Assembly: GCA_002869165.1 (NCBI GenBank)
Contig: PKTK01000001.1
Location: forward strand, 157,006 to 221,005
DNA: 64,000 nt
Direction: 5' to 3'
Source of the DNA: Candidatus Parcubacteria bacterium
Lineage (GTDB): Bacteria > Patescibacteriota > Patescibacteriia > Patescibacteriales > UBA12075
The translations under genes were made by a program, and so were the position numbers. Below are positions 31,501 to 39,887 of this stretch, piece by piece (position 1 is the first letter of the stretch; every line of letters begins with the position of its first letter). The notes under the pieces were generated by a model. That model was not told where the DNA came from and searched no databases. It worked only from the letters and a program-made list of their open reading frames with translations.

Positions 31501-34500
31501 GTGATGAATTTACCAATCTAGACGAAACTTTTAGTGGTGAGCAAAGAGAATATTTCAAGAATTTGAGACAATGTGTTTCTCCTGAAACCACTACTTGCAA
31601 TCCTTTCTTTGTATGGGAGGGATCTGATGAAACCGGTTATCAGCTTCGTGTACACAATCTTGATACAGACGGTAGTGGTATTAGAAATGTTGACGCAACG
31701 GTCTCGGCTTGTAGTACAGATATTTTGGACGCTAATTATGACCCAGCTTGTCGAGAATTCTATGATGCCGATGGTCAAGTTTATTTCGAGATTTATTACA
31801 ATACTTTTTCTTGTACTGATGAGTGTTATCCTTATCGCAGGACTATCATGGACGACGATTCAGACCTTGAAGCTGCTAATTGTGCTTATGGCGGTGGAGC
31901 TATGCAGACAGTTGGTGGGATAGAGCATTGTGTTTATATGGCAGTACCATCAGAAGGAGAAACATGTAGTGCTGAAGCAGCTGGTTGTAGGGAATACAAT
32001 GGTAATAGTGGTGCTAATTCTAGAATTTTGTTTGAAACAAGCTTTGAAGATGGCACTGACATGAATTGGGAAGGCGGCGAAAACAGCACAGCTTCAGTTA
32101 TTGCAGGCGAGCATTCACTGGCAATTGATACGAGCGTCTATTTTGAACTAGGAGATACTTTGATTGAGAGTAGATCCTACGTATTACAATTTTTAGTTTT
32201 TACAAACGATGCAAATGCAATTACAGAAATAGCTATTGAAAACCCAAATACAAATGAAAAAACAAGCTTTTTACCTGAAGATGGTTTAGCTATTAGCGCA
32301 GGTGGATGGCAAAGTTTAGAGTTAAATATCGAGAAATTGGACCATGAAATTGATGTTGGGGTAGAAAGAATTGTTATAGAAACAAGTTCAAATGTATTTT
32401 TTGATAATATTAGATTGACTGAAATTGAGGATAGGTATTATTTAATTGAAAATACTTTGGCAGATAATTGCGAATACGTAAATGCTGATCCAAGTGGAGA
32501 GTTACTAGATGATCATGGCTTCTATGCTGGTTGTGATGCGTATAATGATAGAGATGGTGATGTTCATCATTTGCACGAATTCAGTAATCTGTGTTCAGAG
32601 GATGCTGTGGGTTGTGAATTAATGATTGACACTCACAACTATAGTAGCTGGAAAGCAGGAAATTGGTTTGCAAGTTCGACAGATTCTTTTACCGTAGCTA
32701 CAGATACTTATGCCTATGTTGTGTATGATGAATCAAAAGTATGTAATGAAGCAGACAAAGGATGTGAGAAAGTGGGTATGCGTTACGAATACGAGTATGA
32801 TGGTGAACCGTATTATCAGTATTTTGATAGTTATATTTTCAATAATCCAGATGATTATAACGAATCTTTGTGTGAAATAGAAGCAGTCCGTTGTGATGCT
32901 TGGGAATACAGAGATGGCATAAGTTATTTTAAAGATCCTAATGATATGCTCTGTGAATGGCGCATTGAGGATGATATGGGGGTTGGGGCCTGGAATTGGC
33001 TCAAAATAGAAGCTAAACGTTGTGATTTTAATGCTGACGGGATTATCGCTACTACGACCAATGAATTTGGTGAAGTGGTAACAGGTGAAAGCGAAAGGAT
33101 CCTTTGTTCTGAATCAAGCGATTGTGGGCTTATGAATGATAATTATTGCGATGATTCAAGTCCATGTGATGGGGGTGAATGTATAGATAATCAATGCTAT
33201 GTAGCCTGTGTTTTAGATGAAAATGATTATCCATGTAAACTTGATAATAACGAAAATTATCCACCAAAAACAATCGGTTATGGTGGACCTGGCTCAATGG
33301 TGGCTCAACCACTTGGTTATCTCGAAGGTAGTAGCTGGTCAGCACTTTGCCCAGCTGGACAAGGTGATTGTACAGAGTATATCGATCCTCAGTCAGTTTT
33401 CTCTTTTGATGTTGATGTGTTGAAGCCTTATACTTTATATATCAGTGAAGATAGTACTTGGCCTGAATCTGAAGTTAACACCTCTTGTGACGTTTATTAT
33501 GTTTTTGATAATGAAACCAATAGACTAGTTGATGAGTCGTTAGTTGATGAACCAACTTTGTTTTATTATTATGGCGAAGAAGAATGCACCTTTAATCCTG
33601 ATTCTTACGAGATAAGAAAAGCTGTGGTTGATTATCAATTGGAAAATACACTTGATAAAGAAACTTGTAATGGCATAGTTGATTTTGAAGAGGGTTGTGT
33701 GCTTTTAAATGAAAGAGTGGTAGAATCAGCAGATACATATAATAAATTAATTTTTGACTCAACAGCTGATTACACTTTGCCTGCCTCACCAGTTTTAGCT
33801 GAGCCAGGAGATACCAATCAACTTCTCAAAGTAACACCAGATAGGGTATGCAATACCTGGCTGTCTTGTCGAAGTTTTATTAAAGATGCTGAAGGTAATG
33901 ATGTTTGTTATGATGTTGGGCTTTGTGAAAGATTTGATGATAATGGAAATTGTTCGTATTTTTCTCCTAAAGAAGAAGGGGTGAACCAAGTCTATACTTC
34001 TTCAGGTGATTTGGATATCAGTAATTTAACTGGCTATTCACTGGTTGGTTACAGTCCTGATACTTCTGAATTCGCTCAGTATAAGGTTGGTGATATGGAG
34101 CAGGTAGGTCAGTTAGCAGAGGTGCCTAATGGTAGCTTTGAGTTATTTGATGATAGTTTGTATCCCCTAGGCTGGACTCCAGGTACAGCTAATAATAGCG
34201 GTAATGCTGACTGGGAAAGAGATATGTTTAAGGTTATAGGAAATCCAGTTACAGCCCAAAAGGAGGGAATTGACTATCCAATGGATGGAAAAGCATTTTT
34301 AAAGTTTGGAGCCAAAGATAGTGTAAGATCTGAACCAATTGATTTGGTGCCAGGCTCAGAATACATTATTACTTATTATATAAATACCAAAAACTTGGCA
34401 GCAGGACAGGCAGTTTTGGATATTAGTTCACTTGGTGGAGGAGTTTTTAATACTGAAAGATCAAGAAATTGGGAGATGAAATTTCATAGATTTACAGCCG

Positions 34501-36278
34501 GTGGCAATACTGATGCCCGGATTGAATTTTTTACTTCAAATGGTGATGGGAACGTTTATATAGATAATGTGTCTATTAGGCCTGCTTTGGACACAAAAGA
34601 TAACTGGAGTGTTTCTCAAACTTGTCGCTTGTATCCAGAGGCTGATTCTTTGGCTTGTGATTATTATGATGAATCCGGAAAGCGTATGAAAGGTTGGTAT
34701 GGTTATTGTTTGCAATATGATAGATATCCAGGGGACCCTGATGCTTGTTTGCTTTGGTATCCGGTTGATCGAGTAAATGGAGACGGTGTTGAAGAAGGTG
34801 GTGGGTACATAGACAGAAAACCGCTCTACTATTGTACAGCTGCAGAGACTTTTATATACGGTACTAAGTGGTATAATGAAACTCCGCCTGATGGACATGA
34901 GGCAGACACTGAAACATTTGCCAAGGAAAATAATCTAGGTGTCCAAAGTAGCGGAGACATAGATGTTACTCACAGAAATCCTAATGGTTACTCTGAGGAT
35001 GAATGGACTCTTGAACAACTTGGCCTTGGTTCAGTAGAAGAGAGATGGTTGCTTTGGGAAAATATTGATCATATTACTATCAGACATTCCTCAGCATCTG
35101 TTTATTGTGATGGTAAATTCTCTGGCCCATGGGATTACTATTACCGATTTGATAAAGAAAATTCTGGTAATCCTTGTCCAAAAAATCCTGGAGGTCAAAC
35201 AGACTGCGTCCCTTGGGGTACAGAGGGTCTACATCAAGGAGGAGTGAGAAATGATGATGAGTGGTATGAAGAACTTGATCCTATCGCGCATGAATTATTT
35301 GATGATGACCCTAAGTATGACAAAAACACTACTACAGGAGGTATTGAAATATTGTCAACTCAAGAGTTTGGCGGAGATTTGGTGGCAGCAAGTGCGGGCG
35401 AATATTTTGGTGGTATCAAAACTTCAAATTTTGACTCATATTGTAATCATCCTGACTATAAGATACTTGAAGTAGCAATATACCCTAAGTCAGCTTTTTG
35501 TAAGACAGTTATTCAAACTGTGACTCCTATGGGTCAGAGTATGCACTATAGTGCGAACGTGTATGAAGGAAGTGATAAAGAATACCCATGCAATTCCGGC
35601 ATTAGTTACGCAGATTTCTTTACTTGCGACTATATGGCTGATTTGGCTCCTTTTGGCGCTGTGTCTCAGCCAGGCCTTGAAATAAATGATTGGGCTATTA
35701 TGTCGAATCCATACATGTGGGATTCACGAGAAGGCACGCCAAACAACCAGCCACTTTTTTATGAAGAGCCAAGTTCATCCATGTATGGCACTTCTCAAGC
35801 TCGTATGGGGCAGCATCTCACAGAAGGTACGATAACAGGTAATTTATTTAGAAAATATTACGGTAAGTGGACTTTCCAGTCAGATGCAGAGGGCGGAGAT
35901 GGTATTCAGCAAGTAATGGGGCATTATGAATTTAGTGGAGCTCCAAATGCGGGTGGAGGCGGAAGTGCTCCAAATGTATCAAACGCAAAAACCATCCCTT
36001 CGAATGGTGTGCAGATAAATCAGTTAGTAAATCTAGTCTTTACTATAGATGTAAATGAAAATCAATTACCTCTTACAAGTCTTAAGATAGATTGGGGAGA
36101 TGAAACCGAAACAACGATTTCTGGAATAGAAATGAGAGACAGACCAGAACCAGAAGAACCTTTTAGTATGTATCATATATATAGTGAACCAGGTGGATAC
36201 GGTATTAGAATCGAGGCTAGGGATAATTGGGGAGCAGAAGGTAGTGGCGGAACCAGTGTAAGAGTTTCAGGGTATTAA
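28596..36278 (+). CDS. giant (2560 aa) secreted Cys-rich surface protein with three CenC-like carbohydrate-binding modules and a PKD-like C-terminal domain
   Basis: Signal peptide; S/G linker (about 29521-29712); NSDFEDY..W, TSFEDG..W and NGSFELF..W module starts, each closed by (F/Y)(M/F/I)D(G/N)(I/V) motifs; terminal IDWGDE...YHIYSEPGGYGIRIEARD. Confidence 0.8.
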   Translation: MIFKKFTIKFLIVSVLLFSFVFAGSSRAVGMEVMVGDKTHIGTTIAQMGKDVANWAKDYSYQLYEWTRDEGIALAYKKAVGYFLKQLAYDAATYLATGDKGQDSMFYTENWGDYLSNVGDNAVGHFLEELGQSGTAKFNLCNPGIDITAKIGLGIAETKNPDEPDCTFTEMKNNWESELERDDFLQRFGSMFEPESNDFGIALSLHMEAMEVEIAEKEAATLTRDVNDGFKDVTEGISGAIKTPGAVIRDYTNDVIEKSGENYFTYTGHILADAIDVFTTTLTGKLLEEWLRKGLARSSEDTSYTGDWGDFSSSGGSYSGGSLSSRGSSGSSGGSGSSSGGSGSSKSSGSSSYSSGGGSSNYESSGSSGSGITQAKKQFESLIEPDFAIRGDYNAMNELVACSDPVNAGPNECVVTNNFRQAIENRMTVGEAMEDEYISKYGVFGFKADGLEPAYNEGVPYRSMMILRKYRIVPVGWELAAQYIMENRENLHRTFSLYDMIACFDPDDRYVGYEGENNNAWCEGLVDPSWVLKSPQNFCKREGAGPHIITAQVFGEGNDSKYMITRNEDYCADEQTCIMENDDGSCDMYGYCTEDRRKYNFEGESCDPRYNSCETFRSSNGSTLGLLQNTLDYETCDSSNVGCEMYAYATSYEDGLGVYDLDTGKVNWASTTGRIRLDEDASECDEENEGCHSFIRTNPGLGVNLLPNSDFEDYDYEKGEFAYWGSDIGTQYYDENLGVNTVLLNNNFVHSVVIDALDYMTGASDYDLGGNIFTLSFYIRNCNGEVRLGETTKTINASSGQDWSYVALSNTFPEGSGNVIEIEFLNTEGCYMDGIKLERNSPEADGVPTEYVRYGEVGTIFERLIPDYLFASCYMDSDENGFLEMRLDAPDVCSDYARYCTAKEVNCDMYTSESDNFSVPAVVSASDYCPSECVGFDLFMQTETDFEESETELLIPDTADTCSAVEVGCDEFTNLDETFSGEQREYFKNLRQCVSPETTTCNPFFVWEGSDETGYQLRVHNLDTDGSGIRNVDATVSACSTDILDANYDPACREFYDADGQVYFEIYYNTFSCTDECYPYRRTIMDDDSDLEAANCAYGGGAMQTVGGIEHCVYMAVPSEGETCSAEAAGCREYNGNSGANSRILFETSFEDGTDMNWEGGENSTASVIAGEHSLAIDTSVYFELGDTLIESRSYVLQFLVFTNDANAITEIAIENPNTNEKTSFLPEDGLAISAGGWQSLELNIEKLDHEIDVGVERIVIETSSNVFFDNIRLTEIEDRYYLIENTLADNCEYVNADPSGELLDDHGFYAGCDAYNDRDGDVHHLHEFSNLCSEDAVGCELMIDTHNYSSWKAGNWFASSTDSFTVATDTYAYVVYDESKVCNEADKGCEKVGMRYEYEYDGEPYYQYFDSYIFNNPDDYNESLCEIEAVRCDAWEYRDGISYFKDPNDMLCEWRIEDDMGVGAWNWLKIEAKRCDFNADGIIATTTNEFGEVVTGESERILCSESSDCGLMNDNYCDDSSPCDGGECIDNQCYVACVLDENDYPCKLDNNENYPPKTIGYGGPGSMVAQPLGYLEGSSWSALCPAGQGDCTEYIDPQSVFSFDVDVLKPYTLYISEDSTWPESEVNTSCDVYYVFDNETNRLVDESLVDEPTLFYYYGEEECTFNPDSYEIRKAVVDYQLENTLDKETCNGIVDFEEGCVLLNERVVESADTYNKLIFDSTADYTLPASPVLAEPGDTNQLLKVTPDRVCNTWLSCRSFIKDAEGNDVCYDVGLCERFDDNGNCSYFSPKEEGVNQVYTSSGDLDISNLTGYSLVGYSPDTSEFAQYKVGDMEQVGQLAEVPNGSFELFDDSLYPLGWTPGTANNSGNADWERDMFKVIGNPVTAQKEGIDYPMDGKAFLKFGAKDSVRSEPIDLVPGSEYIITYYINTKNLAAGQAVLDISSLGGGVFNTERSRNWEMKFHRFTAGGNTDARIEFFTSNGDGNVYIDNVSIRPALDTKDNWSVSQTCRLYPEADSLACDYYDESGKRMKGWYGYCLQYDRYPGDPDACLLWYPVDRVNGDGVEEGGGYIDRKPLYYCTAAETFIYGTKWYNETPPDGHEADTETFAKENNLGVQSSGDIDVTHRNPNGYSEDEWTLEQLGLGSVEERWLLWENIDHITIRHSSASVYCDGKFSGPWDYYYRFDKENSGNPCPKNPGGQTDCVPWGTEGLHQGGVRNDDEWYEELDPIAHELFDDDPKYDKNTTTGGIEILSTQEFGGDLVAASAGEYFGGIKTSNFDSYCNHPDYKILEVAIYPKSAFCKTVIQTVTPMGQSMHYSANVYEGSDKEYPCNSGISYADFFTCDYMADLAPFGAVSQPGLEINDWAIMSNPYMWDSREGTPNNQPLFYEEPSSSMYGTSQARMGQHLTEGTITGNLFRKYYGKWTFQSDAEGGDGIQQVMGHYEFSGAPNAGGGGSAPNVSNAKTIPSNGVQINQLVNLVFTIDVNENQLPLTSLKIDWGDETETTISGIEMRDRPEPEEPFSMYHIYSEPGGYGIRIEARDNWGAEGSGGTSVRVSGY

Positions 36279-36282
36279 ACAT

Positions 36283-36885
36283 ATGGCAATAACTAGCGAG
36301 TTTACAAGCGTAGATTCAAGAATAATGAATCGTAATATGGAGGAGGAGGCTGCTCGGGAAATAAGAGCGGATCAGGTTCAGGCCAGAAGAGAGGAAGAGA
36401 ATGAATTAAGTGATGATGAATTAAAAGAGGAGCTTAGAGAAAGTCTTGAGGACATTGCTAGAAAGAGATCAGTAGCAAGTGCTCTAGAGCATGGCGTAAA
36501 GCTTGGTTTTATTCTGAGACAGGAGATCAATGATTTGCGATTTGATGGTTTAGTTTTTTGGTTTGTTTTGGGGATATCTTTCGTGAAAGATTTTTCGGAC
36601 TTGTTTACTGGAACATTAGGTGGAATTTTTACAAATTGGTTTATACCCCCTATTTTATTTATAGTTTTTTTCTTGAGAAAGTCTTATTTAAAAAAATATA
36701 TTATTAAAAAAATAGGTTATAAATTTTTTATTTTGGTGATTGCTGAATTTTTGCCTGTTACAAGTGGGTTCCCAAATTATCTTATATCTACTATTTTGTT
36801 AAGAATGAATGTTGATAAAAAACGGAGAAAAAAGGATAAAGAGTTAGAGCTACTGGAAGAGGAAATAAAAAAATTAAAAGCTTAA
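36283..36885 (+). CDS. small membrane protein with acidic N-terminus and basic coiled-coil tail
   Basis: 3 hydrophobic segments; 4-nt gap upstream; the stop abuts the next start (TAAATG). Confidence 0.65.
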   Translation: MAITSEFTSVDSRIMNRNMEEEAAREIRADQVQARREEENELSDDELKEELRESLEDIARKRSVASALEHGVKLGFILRQEINDLRFDGLVFWFVLGISFVKDFSDLFTGTLGGIFTNWFIPPILFIVFFLRKSYLKKYIIKKIGYKFFILVIAEFLPVTSGFPNYLISTILLRMNVDKKRRKKDKELELLEEEIKKLKA

Positions 36886-38655
36886 ATGATAAAAAATTTA
36901 ATAAAAAATCGAAAACAGTTATTATCCATATTTATTTTGGCTTTTTTTTGTATATCATTTTTTAAAGTAGATTATGCTTTGGCTGATGCGGGAGATATGA
37001 TAGTTGGCTTTGCTAAAGGGGCTGTTCTATCAGCTATTGGAGTAGCCGTTTCTTTAATTGTTAGTTTGTTAGGCTTTTTCCTTAATTTAGTAACTTCAGC
37101 AGTTTTTGTAGTTGCTAAATATAATAATTTTGTTAATGAATTTGCTGTTACAGAAGGCTGGGAGCAAGTAAGAGATCTTTGTAATATGTTTTTCATATTA
37201 ATTCTTTTGGTGATTGCTTTCGCAACAATTTTGCGGGTAGAGAATTACAATATAAAAAAACTGCTTCCAAAGCTTCTTATTATGGCAGTGTTAATAAATT
37301 TTTCAAAGGCAATTGCAGGTTTTATAATAGAGTTTGCTCAAGTTGTAATGATGACTTTTATGAACGTGATTAATGCTAATGGATCAGGGTTTATTGATGC
37401 TTTTGGAGTTAGCAAGTATTTAGAAACAGTTAAAAGCGATATTTTTAATTCAGATAATATTGCAAATAATAAATTAAATTTTAATTCTACAGTTGTTGGT
37501 TATTTGTCAGCTTTGATTTTTTTGGCAGTGTCTTTATTTACAATGTTAGCCTTATTGATGGTTTTACTAATGAGAATGATAATGATTTGGGTGTATATAG
37601 TACTTTCCCCTTTAGCTTATTTATTAGCTGCTTTTCCACAAGGACAAAAGTATGCCAGTAGATGGTGGGATGAATTTATTAAATATGTTGTCACTGGGCC
37701 AGTACTTGCTTTTTTTATTTGGTTAGCACTAGTAGCTGCAAATAAAACTCCTGTATCAATGGCAGGAAATACCGCTTGTTTTGGACCAGCAGAAATGTTT
37801 TGTACTAATAGTTTTTTGCAGTTTTTAATTGCAATAGGAATGCTTATAGGTGGCTTAAAAGTAACATCAGAAATAGGTGGAGCGGTAGGAGGTGCGGCAG
37901 GTGATGCTTTGAAAAGAATAAATTCTGGAAAAGCTATGACAGTTAAGTTTGCCAAAAATAGAACTAAAGTTACAGCTAAGTGGGGAGGAAGAAGTTTGAT
38001 TGGTGGAGCTGGATTTGCTTTACAAAAAACTCCTCTCAGTAAGATTCCAGGAGCTAAGAGTGCCGGACAAGTGGCTAGTACTTGGGCTAGTGATTTAAGA
38101 AATAGTCGTTTTGAAGAAAAGGGCAAGGCTAGACTTAAGACCCTTGAAAAACTAGGAATGGGAACTAAGACTCAAGGTAAGCTAAAAGAAATAAAAGAGA
38201 ATGCAAGCGAAACTAAGGTAGGTAAGTTAGCTACAACTATTAATCGTTTTATGAGTTTTCCAGATAGAAAAGAGATGAGGGATTATAGAGAAAAGAATAG
38301 AGAATCGCTTGAGACTAGAGGAAGAATATCAGATAATACAATTAAATTAGAGGGATTAAAAGAGCAATTGAAACGAGAAGTAGATATTAACAAGAAATCA
38401 TTGTTAAAGATTGAGATTTCTTCAACTGAAAAGGCTATTCATGAAGATCAACAAAAATATGATAGCTTGCAGAAAGATATTAAAGATAATTTTTCTAGTA
38501 TTGCAAAAAGTCAAGGAAGTGTTACAAGCGGTGCTTTGGCAACGGGAGAAGCCAAGAGAGCAAAAAAGAAAAAGACTGATAATTTTCAAGAAATTATTAG
38601 CGCTCAAGTTGATGAGAAGGCAAAAGATAGTGCTAGCGATACTAAAACAGCCTAA
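36886..38655 (+). CDS. polytopic membrane protein, VirB6/TrbL-like candidate
   Basis: Signal-like N-terminus, 6 or more TM segments, hydrophilic coiled-coil C-terminal third; sits upstream of PrgI/VirB4 as in Gram-positive T4SS. Confidence 0.5.
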   Translation: MIKNLIKNRKQLLSIFILAFFCISFFKVDYALADAGDMIVGFAKGAVLSAIGVAVSLIVSLLGFFLNLVTSAVFVVAKYNNFVNEFAVTEGWEQVRDLCNMFFILILLVIAFATILRVENYNIKKLLPKLLIMAVLINFSKAIAGFIIEFAQVVMMTFMNVINANGSGFIDAFGVSKYLETVKSDIFNSDNIANNKLNFNSTVVGYLSALIFLAVSLFTMLALLMVLLMRMIMIWVYIVLSPLAYLLAAFPQGQKYASRWWDEFIKYVVTGPVLAFFIWLALVAANKTPVSMAGNTACFGPAEMFCTNSFLQFLIAIGMLIGGLKVTSEIGGAVGGAAGDALKRINSGKAMTVKFAKNRTKVTAKWGGRSLIGGAGFALQKTPLSKIPGAKSAGQVASTWASDLRNSRFEEKGKARLKTLEKLGMGTKTQGKLKEIKENASETKVGKLATTINRFMSFPDRKEMRDYREKNRESLETRGRISDNTIKLEGLKEQLKREVDINKKSLLKIEISSTEKAIHEDQQKYDSLQKDIKDNFSSIAKSQGSVTSGALATGEAKRAKKKKTDNFQEIISAQVDEKAKDSASDTKTA

Positions 38656-38675
38656 AAAAGTAAATTTTTTAATAT

Positions 38676-39686
38676 ATGAACGTAAACATTGAAGAAAGCG
38701 TAAGAAAATTTAATGAGTTTCACTCAGTGGTAGTCTTTACTATTGATAATGGCAAGGTCGCCAAGAAACTTGGTGATATAGGAACTAAACATGAGGTTAG
38801 TTTGTACCCCTTGCTTATTTTTGTTTGTACTGGTGATGTTTCCGAAGATGCTATTCCTACCTATTTGAGTGAAGTTCAGGGAAAAAGTAAGATGGCAATT
38901 GATAGGATAGTGCCCGAGTTCAAGAAAGAAGTTTTAGATGTATTGGTGAGGAGACTTAATTTCTTAAATCAAGAACCTGATAAAGAAATGACTCAAAAGC
39001 AAGAAAAACAATATTTAAGAGAAATGTTTGAGAATCATTTGACAGAAGAATTCACCAATCATGAAGTGATAATAGAGGCAGTTAATGATCGGATATTTTC
39101 AATATTTGCTTCAGAACTTAATTTTAAGAATGAACTAGAGAAAATACTTTATGAAAACAATGAAAAACTAACTACCAAGAAGTTTATTTTGGATGGCAAG
39201 GTAGTTGAACCTACTATTAAAAATTGGTTGAAATATTTTATAGAGAAACGAGGTACAGAAATGATTGATAGTATAAATATGTCAGTGTTTGTTTCTCAGT
39301 CAGAAAATTCTAAAATTTTAGACGAGGATGAAAAAAGATTTTTGTTTAAGCTATTAACTCTTTATAGAAATTTGAAATTCTTTCCCCAAAGTATGCCTAG
39401 TGACGATGGAGAGGGTTGGGAGATTATACCTACTGAAAAAAAAGAAGAGGTAAGTAAAGCAGCCCAGCTTAGTAGAGAAAAGAAAACAGGCACCCAAGAG
39501 GTGGTTGAGCAACTCGGAGGAGATGTTAGTGATTATCCTGAAGGCAGTTTAGAAAGGGAAATACTAGAAGAAGAGGATGAAAAGGAAAAAGAGTATCAAA
39601 AGTTATTGCTACTGTCCAATAAATATGAAGAAGGTAGTCTTGAGAGAAGGGCAATCGAAGAGGAAATTAAAAAAATTAAAAATTAA
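38676..39686 (+). CDS. hypothetical acidic protein
   Basis: ORF track; no motif recognised; its 3' end runs into a repeat arm. Confidence 0.6.
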   Translation: MNVNIEESVRKFNEFHSVVVFTIDNGKVAKKLGDIGTKHEVSLYPLLIFVCTGDVSEDAIPTYLSEVQGKSKMAIDRIVPEFKKEVLDVLVRRLNFLNQEPDKEMTQKQEKQYLREMFENHLTEEFTNHEVIIEAVNDRIFSIFASELNFKNELEKILYENNEKLTTKKFILDGKVVEPTIKNWLKYFIEKRGTEMIDSINMSVFVSQSENSKILDEDEKRFLFKLLTLYRNLKFFPQSMPSDDGEGWEIIPTEKKEEVSKAAQLSREKKTGTQEVVEQLGGDVSDYPEGSLEREILEEEDEKEKEYQKLLLLSNKYEEGSLERRAIEEEIKKIKN

Positions 39687-39700
39687 GAATTAAAAATTAA
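39674..39700. repeat. solo copy (27/27) of the cassette-2 arm
   Basis: AATTAAAAATTAAGAATTAAAAATTAA is identical to 12371-12397; overlaps the last codons and stop of CDS 38676..39686; no inverted partner nearby. Confidence 0.85.
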
Positions 39701-39724
39701 GAATTAAGAACATCTCTCATCAAT

Positions 39725-39759
39725 TGTCATCTCGAACGAAGTGAGAGACCCCTTAAACG
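39725..39759 (+). repeat. copy of the TGTCATCTC...CCTTAAACG element
   Basis: TGTCATCTCGAACGAAGTGAGAGACCCCTTAAACG; both ends match 8806-8867. Confidence 0.7.
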
Positions 39760-39820
39760 TTCTATTATCTTTTATTTAAAGGTTTTTCAAACTCACAGGG
39801 TTTGAAGACAAATAAGAGAT

Positions 39821-39840
39821 GTGTATCTTTAAAGATACAC
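39821..39840. promoter_or_regulatory. perfect 20-bp palindrome, candidate operator
   Basis: GTGTATCTTTAAAGATACAC, 48 nt upstream of ATG 39888. Confidence 0.35.
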
Positions 39841-39887
39841 AAAGCTAAATACTTGATACTAAATACTATATACTAACAAACAAGGAG

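Noticed and set aside
29362-35475. Many 60-120-aa ORFs in other frames within the giant gene (for example 31573-31923 and 34536-34898)
   Set aside because: They are nested in a continuous 7.7-kb ORF with coherent domain structure, so they are frame-shadow ORFs.
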